A DNA stretch of 64,000 nt. Origin: Rhodospirillaceae bacterium. GTDB taxonomy: Bacteria; Pseudomonadota; Alphaproteobacteria; MPNO01; UBA2964. Both the position numbers and the translations under genes were made by a program. The notes beneath the pieces were generated by a model, which worked only from the letters and a program-made list of their open reading frames with translations, ran no database searches and had not been told where the DNA came from. Below, one piece after another: positions 25,075 to 36,534 of this stretch (its first letter is position 1; every line of letters begins with the position of its first letter). The stretch covers positions 45,458-109,457 of the forward strand of contig JAYQSL010000006.1 of the NCBI GenBank assembly GCA_038146865.1, written 5' to 3'.

Positions 25075-28000
25075 TTAGCTCAGACTTTCGCCGTTTATTA
25101 CGGACGTGGTGGTACGTTGCGCTTCATTTTTTAGCAAGATACAAAAAGTCATAATTGAGGTTCTGAGAGGAGGTGGACGCTGGTTGTCTAGGATCCCATA
25201 AGCAAGATTGGGCTTTAACCACTTTTCTGCATCAACTACGCTAAGACCTTTGCGTTCTGCATAATCCTCGACTTGATCACGGCCAATTTTTCCCACCCCA
25301 AAGTAACGCGACTCAGGATGGGAAAAATACCACCCTGAGACAGAGGCGCCAGGGTTCATAGCAAAGCTTTCCGTGAGTGACATCCCAATTTTGTCCTCAA
25401 CCTCCAATAGAGCGAACAAAGTGTCTTTCTCCGTATGATCTGGACACGCTGGATAACCGGGTGCTGGCCTTATACCACGATATTTTTCTTGAATGAGTGC
25501 AACGTTATCCAGCTGCTCGTCGGGTGAATATGCCCAAAATTCTTTGCGAACCCTCTCATGCATTCTTTCAGCAAAAGCCTCGGCTAATCGATCGGCCAGG
25601 GCCTTAATCATGATTACACTGTAATCATCATGCGCCGCCTCATACTCACCTATTATTTGTTCAATGCCAAAACCCGCAGATACGGCAAATGCCCCAAGAT
25701 AATCATTTACGTCACTACCAACCGGAGCAAGGTAATCAGCGAGACAAAAGTTTGGGCGCCGGTTACCGCTTTTCTCTCCCTGCTGTCGTAACATATGGAG
25801 CTCCGCGCTTTGTTTTGTACGAGTTTCATCGCCAAACAACAGAATATCATCACCAAACGAATTTGCTGGCCAAAAGCCTATCACGGCGCGCGCAGACAAT
25901 AGTTTTTTGCTCAGAATTTTATCTAACATTTTTTGCGCATCGGAGAACAGGCTTCTCGAAACTTCCCCGACTACTGGATCTTCAAGAATGCCTGGAAAAT
26001 GACCGTGGAGATCCCAAGTTTGAAAGAAAGGGGTCCAATCGACACTCTGTATCAAATCTTCAAGCGGATAGTCATCAAAAACTTTTGTACCCAAAAATCT
26101 GGGCTTTACCGGTTTAATTTGAGACCAATCTGTTTTAAATGCGTTAACGCGCGCTTTTTTAAGCGAAACACCGCCGTTAGTGTCCTCTCGGGACTCGTAA
26201 CGGGTTTTCAGATCCCGATAGTCCTTCTGGATCTCACCCACGAATTTCTCTCGACGGTCTGAAGAGAGAAGGTTAGAGAGAACTGATACACTTCGCGACG
26301 CATCAACTACATGAATGACCGGATGGCTGCAGGCTGGTGCTATCCGGACGGCCGTGTGAACTTTCGAGGTCGTGGCGCCTCCAATTAACAGTGGTAGGTC
26401 TAGGCCCTGCCTTTCCATCTCTGAAGCCACGTGGATCATTTCGTCCAGAGACGGAGTTATTAGTCCTGAGAGCCCGATAATATCAGCCTTCTCGGCCCGA
26501 GCGGCCTCAAGTATTTTATCTGCTGGGACCATCACCCCCAGATCCACAACTTCGTAATTATTGCACTGCATTACTACACCGACGATGTTTTTCCCAATAT
26601 CGTGAACATCGCCTTTTACTGTCGCCAGCACTATTTTCCCCTTGCTTTGCCGGGCCGCCCCCAAATCCCCCTTTTCTTTTTCTATGAAAGGGACTAGGTA
26701 CCCAACTGCTTGTTTCATCACGCGGGCACTTTTTACCACCTGTGGCAAGAACATTTTGCCCTCTCCAAATAAATCCCCAACGATATTCATACCATCCATA
26801 AGGGGACCTTCTATCACATCCAGTGGCCTTTTAGACTTAAGCCTTGCTTCTTCTGTATCGGCAAGAATAAATTCATTTATCCCATGGACTAGAGAGTAGC
26901 TAAGCCTCTTGGTAACAGGACTATCACGCCACGAAAGATCTTTCTCTACGCGCGACCCAGTTCCTTTGAATTCTTCTGCGATCTCTAATAAGCGCTCTGT
27001 CGCATCGGGCCGTCGATTAAGAATTACATCCTCTACCCGATCTCTTAGCCTCTCGGAAATATCTTCATAAACCGTTATCATTCCTGCATTGAGGATACCC
27101 ATGCCAAGCCCCGCGCGGATAGCATGGAACAAGAAAACTGAGTGCATGGCCTCTCTGACCACGTTATTGCCTCTAAACGAGAAAGAAACATTGCTGACAC
27201 CCCCAGAAATTCTAACACCGGGGCAACTTTCTGTGATTAATTTCGAAGCCGTAATGAAATCAACTGCATAGTTGTCGTGCTCTTCGATCCCTGTCGCAAC
27301 AGCAAAGATATTAGGATCAAATATAATATCTTCTGGAGGGAAACCAACATCCTCTGTGAGAATTTTATAGGCTCTCTCGCAAATTTCCACCTTACGATCT
27401 GCCGTGTCAGCCTGACCGTCCTCGTCAAATGCCATGACGACAGCTGCTGCTCCATAGCGTTTTATTTCTTGGGCCTGGCTAATAAATGGAGCAAGCCCCT
27501 CTTTTAGGCTTATGGAGTTGACGATACACTTGCCTTGAACACACTTGAGACCAGCTTCAATTACCGACCATTTAGAAGAGTCAATCATTATGGGGACCCG
27601 GCTAATATCTGGCTCCGCAGCGACCAAATTTAAAAACCGTTCCATTGCCCCCTTGGAGTCCAAAAGGCCTTCATCCATGTTAATATCTATGACTTGAGCG
27701 CCGTTTTCGACCTGTTGCCGCGCAACCTCGAGAGCAACTTCGAATTGGTCATTTCGTATTAGCTCAGCAAAACGCGCAGAGCCCGTAACATTCGTTCTTT
27801 CCCCGACATTAACAAATAAGGAGTCCGAACCAATATTTAGAGGTTCCAGACCGGAAAGACGTGTTTTTTGGGCCAAACCAGGCAATTTACGGGGCCCCCA
27901 TGATGCAACAGCGCCTTTAATCGCTTTGATGTGCGCTGGGGTTGTTCCGCAACATCCCCCAACAATGTTAACGAGCCCCGTTTTGGCGAATTCGCCCAGT

Positions 28001-28929
28001 ATTTCCGCCATTTCCTCTGGCGTTTGATCATAACCGCCAAAGGGATTTGGTAGACCCGCGTTCGGGTGACAGCTAACAAAAGTCTCGCTGCAGCGCGAGA
28101 GTTCATCCACATATGGACGCAACTGTTCCGCGCCGAGTGCACAATTTAGCCCTACGGCTATCGGGTTCGCGTGTCGGATTGAGTTGTAAAATGCCTCGGT
28201 GGTTTGACCAGTTAGAGTTCTGCCACTTTGGTCGGTGATGGTACCTGACACTATAATAGGTATCTCCGGGGATCCAAGTTCCTCTAATACCTTATCTACA
28301 GCGTAAAGTGCTGCTTTACAGTTAAGAGTATCGAAGACTGTCTCAACTAGTATGAGGTCGACGCCTCCTTCAATAAGCCCCGCGGCAGCTTCGTGATAAC
28401 TCTCCACTAAAATATCAAAGGAAATATTTCTGTACCCCGGATCTTCAACGTCAGGCGAGAGCGAAGCCGTCCTATTTGTTGGCCCTAGGACGCCAGCGAC
28501 GAAACGGGTGATCCCGTCTTCCACCTCCAATTCATGGACAGCACTACAGGCGAGCCGGGCTCCCTCTACGTTTAACTCGTATACGACTTCCTCCATTTGA
28601 TAGTCAGCCTGGGCAATACGGGTCGAACTAAACGTATTTGTTTCGATTATATCTGCTCCGGCTCGCAGATACTCTAGGTGAACCCCTCGGATAAACTCTG
28701 GCTGCGACAATGTAAGCAGATCATTGTTACCCGCTTGCGGGCATTGCACCTTTTGGAAAAGGCTCCCACGAAATTCTGCTTCATCAAACCTGCGTTGCTG
28801 GATTTCTGTCCCGATTGCACCATCCATGACCAAAATTTGATCCAGAAGCCGCTCTCGTAGAAGAGTTATCCGACGAGCACGGGCACTCGCGCCCCGCGGT
28901 TCAAATGGTTTCTTTGACTTGCTACTCAT
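25075..28929 (-). CDS. metH: Cobalamin-dependent methionine synthase
   Basis: [16 protein letters not shown]12 motif [11 protein letters not shown] and [12 protein letters not shown]; the C-terminus is unusually extended. Confidence 0.97.
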   Translation of the reverse strand: MSSKSKKPFEPRGASARARRITLLRERLLDQILVMDGAIGTEIQQRRFDEAEFRGSLFQKVQCPQAGNNDLLTLSQPEFIRGVHLEYLRAGADIIETNTFSSTRIAQADYQMEEVVYELNVEGARLACSAVHELEVEDGITRFVAGVLGPTNRTASLSPDVEDPGYRNISFDILVESYHEAAAGLIEGGVDLILVETVFDTLNCKAALYAVDKVLEELGSPEIPIIVSGTITDQSGRTLTGQTTEAFYNSIRHANPIAVGLNCALGAEQLRPYVDELSRCSETFVSCHPNAGLPNPFGGYDQTPEEMAEILGEFAKTGLVNIVGGCCGTTPAHIKAIKGAVASWGPRKLPGLAQKTRLSGLEPLNIGSDSLFVNVGERTNVTGSARFAELIRNDQFEVALEVARQQVENGAQVIDINMDEGLLDSKGAMERFLNLVAAEPDISRVPIMIDSSKWSVIEAGLKCVQGKCIVNSISLKEGLAPFISQAQEIKRYGAAAVVMAFDEDGQADTADRKVEICERAYKILTEDVGFPPEDIIFDPNIFAVATGIEEHDNYAVDFITASKLITESCPGVRISGGVSNVSFSFRGNNVVREAMHSVFLFHAIRAGLGMGILNAGMITVYEDISERLRDRVEDVILNRRPDATERLLEIAEEFKGTGSRVEKDLSWRDSPVTKRLSYSLVHGINEFILADTEEARLKSKRPLDVIEGPLMDGMNIVGDLFGEGKMFLPQVVKSARVMKQAVGYLVPFIEKEKGDLGAARQSKGKIVLATVKGDVHDIGKNIVGVVMQCNNYEVVDLGVMVPADKILEAARAEKADIIGLSGLITPSLDEMIHVASEMERQGLDLPLLIGGATTSKVHTAVRIAPACSHPVIHVVDASRSVSVLSNLLSSDRREKFVGEIQKDYRDLKTRYESREDTNGGVSLKKARVNAFKTDWSQIKPVKPRFLGTKVFDDYPLEDLIQSVDWTPFFQTWDLHGHFPGILEDPVVGEVSRSLFSDAQKMLDKILSKKLLSARAVIGFWPANSFGDDILLFGDETRTKQSAELHMLRQQGEKSGNRRPNFCLADYLAPVGSDVNDYLGAFAVSAGFGIEQIIGEYEAAHDDYSVIMIKALADRLAEAFAERMHERVRKEFWAYSPDEQLDNVALIQEKYRGIRPAPGYPACPDHTEKDTLFALLEVEDKIGMSLTESFAMNPGASVSGWYFSHPESRYFGVGKIGRDQVEDYAERKGLSVVDAEKWLKPNLAYGILDNQRPPPLRTSIMTFCILLKNEAQRTTTSVINGESLS

Positions 28930-29849
28930 TATCGGATGGGCTCTGGTCTAAAACCTAATAGGTAGGCGATAGCGTATGAGAGATCCGCCCGATTCAATGT
29001 ATAGAAGTGAAATTCTTTGAAACCATGACTTTGAAGTTGGCGACATTGCTCTGCCGCAACCGTTGCAGCAATTAATTTTCGTGTTTCTGGGTCATTATCG
29101 AGCCCACAAAATAAATCACTGAGCCAATCTGGGATCTTTGTCCCACATAAAGCACTAAATTTTACCACTTGCTCAAAATTTTGAACCGGAAGGATCCCGG
29201 GTACTATCGGTGCCTTTATCCCTGCCGATGTGACCCGATCCATAAACTTTAAAAATGGTTCAACACCAAAGAAGTATTGCGTAATGGCTCGGTCTGCTCC
29301 GGCATCAAGTTTGCGCTTTAAATTGTCTATATCACTTTCCGCACTGGAAGCCTCGGGGTGCGTTTCCGGATAGGCGGCGACACTAATTTCAAAGTTAGCG
29401 ATACTTTTTAAGCCAGTGACAAGTTCGACGGCATAAGCGTAGCCTTCGGGGTGGGGCTGATAGTTTACTTGTCCGTCCGGTGGGTCACCCCTCAAAGCAA
29501 CGATATGGCGGACCCCCATATCCCAATACTGGCGGCCTATCTCTTGGATTTCTTCCCGGCTTGCCCCAATACAGGTTAAATGGGCTGCTGGTGTTAAACT
29601 GGATTCCGTTAATAGCCGAGCCAATGTCTCATGGGTCCTCGCACGTGTTGATCCACCCGCCCCGTAGGTAACAGATACGAACTGAGGTTTTAGAGGCTCA
29701 ATCCTCTTAATTGAATCCCAAAGGGAAATCGCCATCTTTTCTGTTTTTGGAGGGAAAAATTCAAAAGAAACGCTTAAATCATTTTTCCGTTTTGGAAAAA
29801 CCAACGTGTCCAGTGCACGAGTTTCCAATAATCCGGAACTCATTTCCAT
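28929..29849 (-). CDS. metF: Methylenetetrahydrofolate reductase
   Basis: [23 protein letters not shown] and HFYTLN motifs; TAATG coupling to metH. Confidence 0.96.
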   Translation of the reverse strand: MEMSSGLLETRALDTLVFPKRKNDLSVSFEFFPPKTEKMAISLWDSIKRIEPLKPQFVSVTYGAGGSTRARTHETLARLLTESSLTPAAHLTCIGASREEIQEIGRQYWDMGVRHIVALRGDPPDGQVNYQPHPEGYAYAVELVTGLKSIANFEISVAAYPETHPEASSAESDIDNLKRKLDAGADRAITQYFFGVEPFLKFMDRVTSAGIKAPIVPGILPVQNFEQVVKFSALCGTKIPDWLSDLFCGLDNDPETRKLIAATVAAEQCRQLQSHGFKEFHFYTLNRADLSYAIAYLLGFRPEPIR

Positions 29850-30838
29850 ATTTCCTGATTGGATCGTGCAAACCCATCTTGGATGCTATTCGCTATGTCA
29901 TGATTGAGCGGTTTAGGCTTTGATAAAACCCAAAATTTTAAAGTTATGGGTTCTCCGAATAATTCATGAGTTTCTTCGATAGCAAGTCCAGCCTTTTTGC
30001 ACCAACTTAGGACCTCTCTATCATCGAAACCCAACCAACGATGTGCGTGCTTTTCCTTTAAAACTTCGACGCTATGAGGCGCAAAATCAACGACAAACAT
30101 TTTGCCGTTGGGCTTCAAAACTTTAGATGCCTCGTCGACTGCCGCGGCTGGGTCCTGCGAATAACGAAGCACTTGGTGAATAACAATTATGTTAAAATTT
30201 ATGTTAATTTGCGGTAACCTGTACATATCCCCATACCGCACATGGCAATGGCGAATTTCGTTTTTCTCGAGCGCAGCTCGTGCCAAAGAGAGCATCTCAT
30301 ATGAAGTATCTACGCCGATGCCCCTATCCACACGATCCGCGAAAACCTGCAACATCCTCCCAGTCCCGGTGCCTATATCGAGCAAATTCTCTACATGTTC
30401 CGGAAATCTATCTAACAAAAGTTCTTCTACTTTTTCCTCGTCGACATACAAAGACCTGATCGATCCCCACTCCCCGGCGTGTTGGCGAAAATACTCAGCC
30501 GCCCGAACACCCCTCGATAAAATAATTTCCTCCAGCCTGAGACTGTCGCGCTCTATTTCAAACGAATTCATGGGCACAAGAGACAAAATCTTACGGGCTG
30601 TATTACCCTCTCGGTACCCGTCATCAGATAACCGGTAGTAAACGCTTTTTCCCTCTCTAAATCGATCCAACAATCCCGCATCATAGAGCAACTTCAAATG
30701 TCTCGAGATGATAGGCTGGCTTTGTCCCATGATCTCTGTCAGTTCAGAGACCGACAACGCGCTTTTTGAACTAATTGCCAGTAACCTTAGCCTCGTGGGA
30801 TCAGCCACGGCCTTTAATGCGACAAGTAAATTTTCCAA
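29840..30838 (-). CDS. sahR: ArsR HTH plus SAM-methyltransferase-domain regulator of the SAM cycle (SahR)
   Basis: ArsR motif ADPTRLRLL..QSQP.ISRHLK fused to LDIGTGTG and HAHRWLGF; first gene of the metF-metH operon. Confidence 0.85.
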   Translation of the reverse strand: MENLLVALKAVADPTRLRLLAISSKSALSVSELTEIMGQSQPIISRHLKLLYDAGLLDRFREGKSVYYRLSDDGYREGNTARKILSLVPMNSFEIERDSLRLEEIILSRGVRAAEYFRQHAGEWGSIRSLYVDEEKVEELLLDRFPEHVENLLDIGTGTGRMLQVFADRVDRGIGVDTSYEMLSLARAALEKNEIRHCHVRYGDMYRLPQININFNIIVIHQVLRYSQDPAAAVDEASKVLKPNGKMFVVDFAPHSVEVLKEKHAHRWLGFDDREVLSWCKKAGLAIEETHELFGEPITLKFWVLSKPKPLNHDIANSIQDGFARSNQEIWK

Positions 30839-30903
30839 GTTTAGAACCTCAATAACTGGCGACAGGGCAAAATAAAAAAATGTGGAAGCCTTTAACCATT
30901 ATA

Positions 30904-30927
30904 ACATATCTATTTTTGTAGATATGT
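30904..30927. promoter_or_regulatory. Palindromic operator ACATATCTA-N6-TAGATATGT (putative SahR site)
   Basis: Perfect 9-bp inverted arms 65 bp upstream of the sahR start; ATATC-N10-GATAT resembles the SahR box as I recall it. Confidence 0.7.
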
Positions 30928-31079
30928 AAATATGTTATATGATACTAAGAAAAACCAAAAGTTTTTTAAGAAAATTAGTCACCAGCACTTTAGGTTTTTT
31001 AGCAAATAAAAATTCTTTTGCGTTTAGTCCGACATAAATGAGCGTTGCCCAAATAGAACACCAACGCTAAAATCTGTGC

Positions 31080-31700
31080 ATGGTTATGAGCGTATCGAAA
31101 TTAATGTTTAAGAAGCTGATCGGTCTCGCCACATTTACCCTGGCGCTGCTCCTCATAGCACCGCAACAGATTTCTGCGGCCGATAAAGCGGATGAGTTCA
31201 TTAGAGACGTCGGACAAAGGGCCATTGCGTCTTTGCAGGAGGCAGGTCTGTCTTCTGCAGAGAGAGAAGCCCAGTTCCGAAAAATCTTTAACGAGTCTTT
31301 TGATGTTAAGCTTTTAGCAAGGTTTTCGTTAGGAGTTTATTGGCGCCGATCCACCAGATCCCAACAACAAGAATATGTCCGGCTATTTGAAAATTTTGTA
31401 GTGAAGGCCTACGCGACCCGCTTTTCAGGCTACAGTGGTGAAAAATTTAAAGTCGGTACAATTCGGGAACTGAAAGGTGGGGATAAATTGGTGGCGTCTG
31501 AAATTATCCTCAGAGACGGAAGAACAGTCCCCGTCCATTGGCGCGTAAGAGATAGAAAAGGGCATCTTATAGTTGATGTATTAGTCGAGGGAATCAGTAT
31601 GGCGATTACCCAAAGAGATGAGTTTAGCTCAATCATCAGTCAAAATGGTGGACGGGTTGATGGCTTGTTGATAGCCCTACGGAATCGCACCCAAGGATAG
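31080..31700 (+). CDS. mlaC: MlaC/Ttg2D phospholipid-binding periplasmic protein
   Basis: Signal peptide, ARFSLG.YWR and IVDVLVEGISMAITQRDEF motifs. Confidence 0.85.
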   Translation: MVMSVSKLMFKKLIGLATFTLALLLIAPQQISAADKADEFIRDVGQRAIASLQEAGLSSAEREAQFRKIFNESFDVKLLARFSLGVYWRRSTRSQQQEYVRLFENFVVKAYATRFSGYSGEKFKVGTIRELKGGDKLVASEIILRDGRTVPVHWRVRDRKGHLIVDVLVEGISMAITQRDEFSSIISQNGGRVDGLLIALRNRTQG

Positions 31701-31709
31701 GTTTATCGG

Positions 31710-33392
31710 CTAGCCCCTAGTAAGGGGTTTATATTTAATACGGTGCGGTTGATCGGCTTTCTCACCAAGCCTTCTTTTCCGATCCTCTTCGTAATCCTCA
31801 TAGTTCCCTTCAAACCAGATTGCCTTGCTATCTCCCTCGAAAGCCAGAATATGGGTCGCAATTCTGTCCAGGAACCAACGATCGTGACTGATAACAACTG
31901 CGCATCCCGCGAAGTCTAAAAGTGCTTCTTCCAATGCCCGCAGCGTGTCAACATCCAAATCATTGGTTGGCTCATCTAAAAGGAGGACGTTAGCGCCAGA
32001 CTTCAACATTTTTGCTAAATGCACTCGATTACGTTCGCCACCAGACAGCTGCCCTACTCTTTTTTGTTGGTCAGGACCCCTGAAGTTGAACGACCCAACA
32101 TAGGCGCGGCTCTGGACTTTTCTTCCCCCGAGGTCAACCTCTGCCTCACCCTCTGCAATTTCTTCCCAAACAGTTTTATCTGCTGCCAAAGAGTCTCTTG
32201 ACTGATCCACATACCCCAGTGTGACACTATCACCCATTCGAAGAACACCAGAATCTGGTTCTTCGTTACCCGTTATCATACGAAATAGAGTCGTTTTACC
32301 GGCGCCATTAGGCCCTATTACCCCTACTATCCCTCCGGGTGGTAATTTAAAATTTAAATCCTGCACGAGTAATTTTTCGCCGAACGCCTTTGAGACTTTT
32401 TCTGCCTCAATAACCAGATTACCAAGCCGTTCACCCGCTGGAATTACAATTTGTGATGTCGACGGCACCTTATCGCGAGATTTAGCAAGTAAGTCTTCAT
32501 AGGCTGATATGCGCGCCCGATTTTTCGCTTGGCGAGCACGTGGCGATGACCTAACCCACTCCAATTCAGAGGCCAAGGTTTTCTGACGGGCTGACTCCTC
32601 GCGTTCCTCTTGGGCTATACGTTTTTGTTTCTGCTCAAGCCAAGATGAATAATTACCCTCAAAAGGCAAAGCCCGCCCCCGATCAAGCTCTAAAATCCAT
32701 CCAGCGACATTATCGAGAAAATAGCGATCATGGGTAACAGCAACTACCGTCCCTTCATACTCATGAAGAAAACGCTCCAGCCAGGCAACAGATTCGGCAT
32801 CAAGGTGATTGGTAGGCTCATCAAGAAGCAGCAGGTCAGGCTTCTGCAAGAGCAGACGACATAATGCCACCCGGCGTCGTTCGCCCCCTGACAGTTTTCC
32901 GACGTCGGCATCACTTGCCGGACAGCGCAAAGCGTCCATCGCTACATCAATTTTATGCTCAATTGCCCACCCATCAACGGCATCAATTTGCTCTTGAAGC
33001 TTGCCCTGTTCTTCGATCAATGAATTCATCTCATCGTCATCCATGGGCTCTGCAAACTTCAAGCTGATTTCCTCAAACCTTGCCAGCAGCTCTGTCACAT
33101 TCCCCATTCCCGCGAGGACGTTGTCTTTCACACTCTTCGTGGCATCTAGCTCTGGTTCCTGAGGCAAATAACCAACGGTTGCCCCCTCCGCAGACCAGGC
33201 TTCTCCGCTAAATTCATTATCCAATCCCGCCATGATTTTCATCAGGGTAGACTTACCCGCACCGTTTACCCCGAGAACTCCGATTTTCGCTCCCGGCAAA
33301 AAAGCAAGGGTGACATCTTTCACGACCTCACGTCCGCCGGGATAGATTTTGGAAAGCCCCTGCATTGTATAAATATATTGGTAACCGGCCAC
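31710..33392 (-). CDS. ettA: Energy-dependent translational throttle ABC-F protein
   Basis: YQYIYTM, FLPGAKIGVLG.NGAGKS, two ABC domains and PHRIKYK; GTG 33392 start gives 560 aa. Confidence 0.95.
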   Translation of the reverse strand: MAGYQYIYTMQGLSKIYPGGREVVKDVTLAFLPGAKIGVLGVNGAGKSTLMKIMAGLDNEFSGEAWSAEGATVGYLPQEPELDATKSVKDNVLAGMGNVTELLARFEEISLKFAEPMDDDEMNSLIEEQGKLQEQIDAVDGWAIEHKIDVAMDALRCPASDADVGKLSGGERRRVALCRLLLQKPDLLLLDEPTNHLDAESVAWLERFLHEYEGTVVAVTHDRYFLDNVAGWILELDRGRALPFEGNYSSWLEQKQKRIAQEEREESARQKTLASELEWVRSSPRARQAKNRARISAYEDLLAKSRDKVPSTSQIVIPAGERLGNLVIEAEKVSKAFGEKLLVQDLNFKLPPGGIVGVIGPNGAGKTTLFRMITGNEEPDSGVLRMGDSVTLGYVDQSRDSLAADKTVWEEIAEGEAEVDLGGRKVQSRAYVGSFNFRGPDQQKRVGQLSGGERNRVHLAKMLKSGANVLLLDEPTNDLDVDTLRALEEALLDFAGCAVVISHDRWFLDRIATHILAFEGDSKAIWFEGNYEDYEEDRKRRLGEKADQPHRIKYKPLTRG

Positions 33393-33662
33393 TTCGAGCT
33401 CCTTTGGGAAACAAAAAAGACCCGCGTTTTCTAGCGCAACGAGGGTGCTGATTTCAATGCCCTGAAGGAACAAATAACCTACAAAATACAAAAACCAATT
33501 TATTTTTATTAAGAAGTGCTTAGATCGCAGGTGATGTAATGCAGACAACTCCCACAAAGAAAATGAGAGGAGACGGTCAATGGTGTTTAAAGCTTGTACG
33601 CAATGCATTTATCTGAGCAAAAAACATATTGGAAAAGAAAATCTTTGTGTAATGATACGAGA

Positions 33663-34634
33663 ATGAGCAGCCCAATAACCCTCGCTATCGATAGGTACGA
33701 TCGGCATTTCCCCTTCTTTGATGGGACCATTCAGGTTCCAAATGGACTCGATCTTACTGTCCTTCAGGTTGGCGAAACCACGGCGTTGAGAGATGGAGCT
33801 CACAGGCATAAGAGGATGCTCAGAGAAATGGAATTTGATGCCGCTGAAGTGTCCTTGTCTTCTTTTGTTATGGCAAAAGCGCGTGGACTTAGTTTCTCTG
33901 GGATACCGGTATTTCCCCGCCGCCTTTTTAGCCAGACACAAATCTACGTCCACGATAAAACGGGACTGCATGACCCCTCGCAACTATCCGGAAAGAGGGT
34001 AGGCCTCCAAAGCTTCCAAACCACATTAGCGGTCCTTGCTAAAGGAGATACGGCTAATGAGTACGGAGTAGACCTCGAATCAATTAATTGGGTTGTGCGT
34101 TCTGGAGAAACGATTTCTTTTGACACCCCCAAAGGGTGGAAAATCGAATATGTTCCTCATGATACAGATTTGGGCGATATGCTCTCAGAAGGAATTATTG
34201 ACGCCCTATTCCTCTCGAGAGTGCCTTCTACCTTTGATGGAAGAACGATCCGCAGAATATATGAGGATCCTAAGGCCGCCTGCGTCGATTATTACAAGAA
34301 AAATGGCTATTTTCCGATCATGCACATTGTAGCTATTCAAGACAAAGTCGTAGAGTTAAACCCAGAATTACCCCGCATACTCTTTGGCATGTTTAAACAA
34401 GCCAAAGAAATAGCAGACCAGTACCGGGACGATCCCGGCTGGTCTCAATTGGCTTGGGGCCGTATGGCAATGGACGAGCAAGCTACACAAATGGGAACAG
34501 ATCTATGGCCGATCGGATTTTCCGACAACGCAGCGAATTTAGAACGGTTTATAAGATACTCCCACGAACAAGGCCTAATCAGCTCTCGTTTCCCAGCCAG
34601 CGATCTTTTTCACCCCAGTCTGCTCAACACATAG
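33663..34634 (+). CDS. 4,5-dihydroxyphthalate decarboxylase (PhtD/OphC)-like protein, PBP2 fold
   Basis: YDRH.P.FDG, FDAAEVSLSS, PVFPRR.F, FPIMH and RYSHEQGL motifs; no signal peptide. Confidence 0.75.
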   Translation: MSSPITLAIDRYDRHFPFFDGTIQVPNGLDLTVLQVGETTALRDGAHRHKRMLREMEFDAAEVSLSSFVMAKARGLSFSGIPVFPRRLFSQTQIYVHDKTGLHDPSQLSGKRVGLQSFQTTLAVLAKGDTANEYGVDLESINWVVRSGETISFDTPKGWKIEYVPHDTDLGDMLSEGIIDALFLSRVPSTFDGRTIRRIYEDPKAACVDYYKKNGYFPIMHIVAIQDKVVELNPELPRILFGMFKQAKEIADQYRDDPGWSQLAWGRMAMDEQATQMGTDLWPIGFSDNAANLERFIRYSHEQGLISSRFPASDLFHPSLLNT

Positions 34635-34678
34635 TGTTTTCTTAGATCGCCTTCCTCACAAACAAGACCTGCCAAGTT

Positions 34679-36073
34679 CTATTCACCGGGAAGAGGTTGA
34701 CCGGCATCTTTCCGACCAAGCTTTCTTCTATAAAAACTCCAGAAATTATCAATCTGCCCTTGACCCTCTAGGGTCATCCCAACCACTCCTTGTTCAGAGT
34801 CTGGCAACCACCCCCAGGCTAAACCGGTGGCCGCAGCATCAATTTGTACGTTGCATGCCCTCTCGAGAAATATTGCCCTAAGACACGCTACCTCAAGAGA
34901 GTTTGCTAAAATTATGGCGCCTTCGTTTGGGAGAAACACCACCCTAGTATCCGCGGGAATGTTTTCTATTGCCTGATCGGGCAAAAGTCTCACGGATAGA
35001 CCTTCAAAATGCTTCCCCTCATCTCCAGTGGGGCAAAGGGGTTCAGCAGCAGAGGAAAAAAGAGCAATCGATGGGGCACAACAAAAAATAGCGGCCTCCG
35101 TTTTTGGGAGTGTTGCGAAAACTTTTTTCAGATAATTCACTCCCCGATAATGTTTAGGCGCATTCTCCAAACGAATTAAGTCATCACTCCCTGATATCTC
35201 ACCCAATGAAAGCTCTGGAAGACCGCAAATTATTCCACCACTCGGGTCTTTAAATGCCACCAGGTCACAATTAAGGAACTCAACGCCCTCATTACTGAGA
35301 ATTCTATTGGCTTCTACAAATCGGTTTACGTTGGTATCCGCGCCCTCCTTCGGTTTGAAGCCGGTCGCTTTCCTAACTTGCCGGCGAAGAGACTGCCATG
35401 CCTCCTCAACAGACAAATTAATGTCATGGTGGGATGAAGAGGCGGCAGTGGCGCTAATCTCAAAAGTCAAATTGGACATCGCAGCGCGCAACTGGTCTCT
35501 GCAGGCGTATTCACACAGCAAGCCCGCGACGACACACTCTGCTACATCGGAACCAACGTAAGTGATACCGTGATTCCGCATTAGAACGGCCTTTGCGGCT
35601 CCTAACGCTGAGGCTAGCTCAGCACCCATGTTCTTATCAATTATTAAGTTCGAGGTTTCTCGGTAACGGGGCAGGCCAGAAGAAAAGAATGCACCAGCCT
35701 CAGTTAAGGCCTCGATTGGCTCCTCAGTGGTTGAGATTACCCCAGCATTGTAGGGATGGGTATGGCCAACAACATTTACATCGGGACGGGCGAGAAAAAT
35801 TTCCCCGTGAATGGGCCACTCAGCGTGACGAATACCTTCACCAGCTTTTTTTTTGCCTTCAAAATCAAGCAAAATGAAATCCTGGGGACCTTGTAACTCA
35901 GCCAAACTAATGCCTGACCTCTTCATCCAAAAGCCGCGGCCCTTAGGATCTCTGAGTGACAAATGCCCAAGCACTTTATCGCCGTGACCGCCTTTTTCCA
36001 AGACGGCTCCAGCCTCTGCCAGCTGCTCTAGTTGCTGGCAGACCTCTTTATCAGCTTCTTTAGGTATTATCAT
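34679..36073 (-). CDS. Tandem class II aldolase/adducin-family protein
   Basis: N-domain has GHLSLR, EWPIH, HTHP and LMRNHG; the second domain is degenerate. Confidence 0.8.
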   Translation of the reverse strand: MIIPKEADKEVCQQLEQLAEAGAVLEKGGHGDKVLGHLSLRDPKGRGFWMKRSGISLAELQGPQDFILLDFEGKKKAGEGIRHAEWPIHGEIFLARPDVNVVGHTHPYNAGVISTTEEPIEALTEAGAFFSSGLPRYRETSNLIIDKNMGAELASALGAAKAVLMRNHGITYVGSDVAECVVAGLLCEYACRDQLRAAMSNLTFEISATAASSSHHDINLSVEEAWQSLRRQVRKATGFKPKEGADTNVNRFVEANRILSNEGVEFLNCDLVAFKDPSGGIICGLPELSLGEISGSDDLIRLENAPKHYRGVNYLKKVFATLPKTEAAIFCCAPSIALFSSAAEPLCPTGDEGKHFEGLSVRLLPDQAIENIPADTRVVFLPNEGAIILANSLEVACLRAIFLERACNVQIDAAATGLAWGWLPDSEQGVVGMTLEGQGQIDNFWSFYRRKLGRKDAGQPLPGE

Positions 36074-36134
36074 GCGCCCTCTATTTATTGGCAGTCCCTC
36101 AGGACGGCCTTTCAAGGAGACGCACCGGGGATGA

Positions 36135-36344
36135 TTAGTCGGCTAGCTGTATATTCGCAGCAGCCATTCGGCCGTTGCGCCCTGGCTCTAGGTCGAAGGT
36201 GACCTTCTGGCCTTCTGCAAGGGATCCTAACCCTGCCCGCTCAACAGCGGAAATGTGAACAAATGCATCTTCGGACCCATCTTCAGGTGCGATAAAACCA
36301 AAGCCCTTGGTGGGGTTGAACCATTTAACTGTGCCTGTAGGCAT
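36135..36344 (-). CDS. cspA: Cold-shock protein
   Basis: GTVKWFN, KGFGFI (RNP1) and AFVHISA (RNP2). Confidence 0.95.
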   Translation of the reverse strand: MPTGTVKWFNPTKGFGFIAPEDGSEDAFVHISAVERAGLGSLAEGQKVTFDLEPGRNGRMAAANIQLAD

Positions 36345-36534
36345 TTATTAACCTCTTCAATATAAGTGTTATATTGGGGTCACTACCCCAACGTCGACCT
36401 AAAGTAAAGGACCTTTGTCCCACCCAAAACAAATTCAAAAATCGAAATTAAAGAACGGATAAGACGGCTCATTACAAAAGTCATTCCTCTCGTAACAGGC
36501 TAACACCCCAAATAGCAAGTATAATTTTATGATT

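Noticed and set aside
33393-33662. Long N-terminal extensions on ettA and the PhtD-like gene that would make them overlap
   Set aside because: Family similarity begins at GTG 33392 and ATG 33663; the extensions are longest-ORF artefacts.
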